A stretch of DNA of 63,851 nucleotides from Lama glama (lineage: Eukaryota). Position 1 is the stretch's first letter. The number at the start of each line of letters is the position of its first letter. Position numbers and translations under genes: made by a program. The DNA lies in the NCBI GenBank assembly GCA_028534125.1, contig CM052838.1, positions 57,908,150 to 57,972,000 of the forward strand, given 5' to 3'. Shown in pieces: positions 62,110-63,851 of the stretch. The notes below the pieces were generated by a model. It did no database searches and was not told the origin of the DNA. It worked only from the letters and a program-made list of their open reading frames with translations.

Positions 62110-63389
62110 CACCTGGCACACAGTAGGTGTTCCAAGGATGTTTATTAAGTGAGGGAGGGAGGAGTGAACTATTCTTGGATCCTGGAACAGAGCCTCCCAG
62201 GCCTGCTGCTCGGATCCTCAGAGAAATTCATGTAAATTAAAATACTAGCAAAACTATCAAAGTTACTGACTCACGAGCTCCTCTCTCTGTAGGAAGGTTT
62301 TGTTACTATTTTAAGAGTCTGTTAAGAAATCTTTTTTGCCATCTGCCTTCTCGAACCTGGTTCACCTGATCTAAGATCCTTAACTGCACACCTGCGGACA
62401 CTGACAATGCTGCTCATTATGTTCTCCGGGGAGATCACAATTTTTAGATTTATAATTTTTTATATTGACTTGCTAATTCAATATGAAGTCACAGAAATTA
62501 CATCAATTTCCACTTATAACATCTAGCATAAAAAACAATACACCCATTGTTTTATACTCTGGGGTATATATATATATATATATAAACATCTACAGTATAA
62601 AAACAATATACCCATTGTTTCTCTAATGTGGGGTTAATATTTAGTCTTTGGCAACAGACAAGACTGCCTTCCCTTTTTAGTGTCCTTTCTGGTGAACCTC
62701 GTGCATCAGTAGTATGCTTCAAAAAAATCTCATTTTCTGGACATATAATAGCTTATGTTGGAGTTACTATTTAATTTTCTGCCTCCAAGTTTTGAGGATT
62801 CTAATCCTGTAGTCCAGTTCAAATTATACACTTTGGGTATTAATTTTTTTTTTTGGCTTTCTAAAGTTTTTCTTTTAATGGTAAAAAACAAAAGGTCTTA
62901 TTTTTAACACTACGTTTTACGTAATTGGTTTAAATCAGCAAAATGTATTCAAAGCACACTGACTCCTGTTTTAATATATTTTTTAAACTACCAGTTTAAC
63001 ATATTCTGGCTGAAAGGGATAATTTGACTCAAATGATTAAACTGGCTGAAGTTTTACTATCCTAAAGGCATCTTACCAATAGGTACTCATACCCTGGACC
63101 CCAGGAGGGCAGCCCTGCCAGGGAAAGGACATACTAAAACCTCATTTGAGGCTCAGGCTCAAAGGGAAAAGGTCAAAGCCGTCTCCTTGGAGGGAGGGCA
63201 CCTGGCACCAAGTAGGTGTTCTGAGGATGTTTATTAAAGGAGGGAGGGAGGAGTGAACTAGTCTTGGACCCTGGAATCGAGCCCTCTCAGGCCTGTTGCT
63301 CAGATCCCTCTGGGAAATTCATGCAAATTAAAATACTAGCAAAACGATCAAAGTTACCAACTCACGAGCTCCTGTCTCTGTATGAAGGT
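62110..63389. repeat. Diverged ~190-bp direct repeats (62110-62298 and 63199-63389) flanking a 900-bp AT-rich segment
   Basis: Both run from CACCTGGCAC..AGTAGGTGTT to CTCACGAGCTCCT.TCTCTGTA.GAAGGT, roughly 85% identical by eye. Confidence 0.9.
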
Positions 63390-63851
63390 ACCTGTCAGGC
63401 AGGCAGCACACATTAGAGCCTGTCTTACCTAGCGTCACATTCCACTTACGCTTAAGGAAGCCAGTCTCTGGACAAATGACAATAGAAAAATCACCAGTAT
63501 TAACTCCCCAGGAATACAAATCCCTCAACGTGGACAACAATATGGCATCACCGCAGAGTGTCAGACATTCACTTACAACCTCACAGTTTGTCTGTGCATC
63601 CCTTCCCTCTCAGGTGGCTGAAAGTAAGTCCGTTCACCTCAACCCTAACCAGCTCACCTTCCTTAAGCCACACCTGCTGCTAGTTCCGAATCCTAACTGC
63701 CATTGTCACCTTGCACCCCTCTCGGGGGACTTTTAGGAAGCAACAGTTCCTGAGCCCACCCTGGGCCAACGTGATCAGAATCGACAGGGATGGGTGCCTG
63801 GGCTGACTCTAATGCAGTCAGGGAACATGAACGCAAAGACCCACCAGACAG

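Noticed and set aside
62110-63389. LTR element with two LTRs
   Set aside because: The repeats lack TG...CA ends, and I see no primer-binding site or flanking TSD. Kept only as an unexplained duplication.
1-63851. Remaining 60-136 aa ORFs in the track
   Set aside because: No recognisable homology, many use non-ATG starts, overlap repeats or span N gaps; consistent with chance ORFs in intronic DNA.

Overview
Mammalian, non-coding, repeat-rich genomic DNA. It is very probably camelid (camel, alpaca or llama), judged from a vic-1-type tRNA-derived SINE and camelid-type L1 3' ends. No intact protein-coding gene is visible, and almost all ORF-track entries are chance ORFs. The only protein homology is a full-length processed gamma-actin (ACTG1) retrocopy on the minus strand (11957-13970). 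It has a poly(A) tail, a target-site duplication (TSD), a lost ATG, a stop three codons early, and a CpG-rich 5' end carrying a 19-bp tandem repeat. The window looks like intronic sequence of a minus-strand gene: there is a candidate internal 5'-UTR exon at 29755-29873 (from memory it resembles RBM47; unverified) and candidate alternative first exons or enhancers. The rest is L1, L2, MIR, MaLR/ERVL LTRs and hAT MITEs. Most interesting: (1) a 350-bp TSD-flanked 'mini-L1' whose 5' UTR is joined to the 3' UTR exactly after an AG that, in a sister L1 in this window, follows a perfect TACTAAC branch point, suggesting a spliced, ORF-less, trans-mobilised L1; (2) apparent protection from CpG decay at the 5' end of the actin retrocopy; (3) a serially copied ~170-bp segment and other local duplications. 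Repeat subfamily names are from recognition, not a database search. Repeat boundaries without TSDs are approximate.
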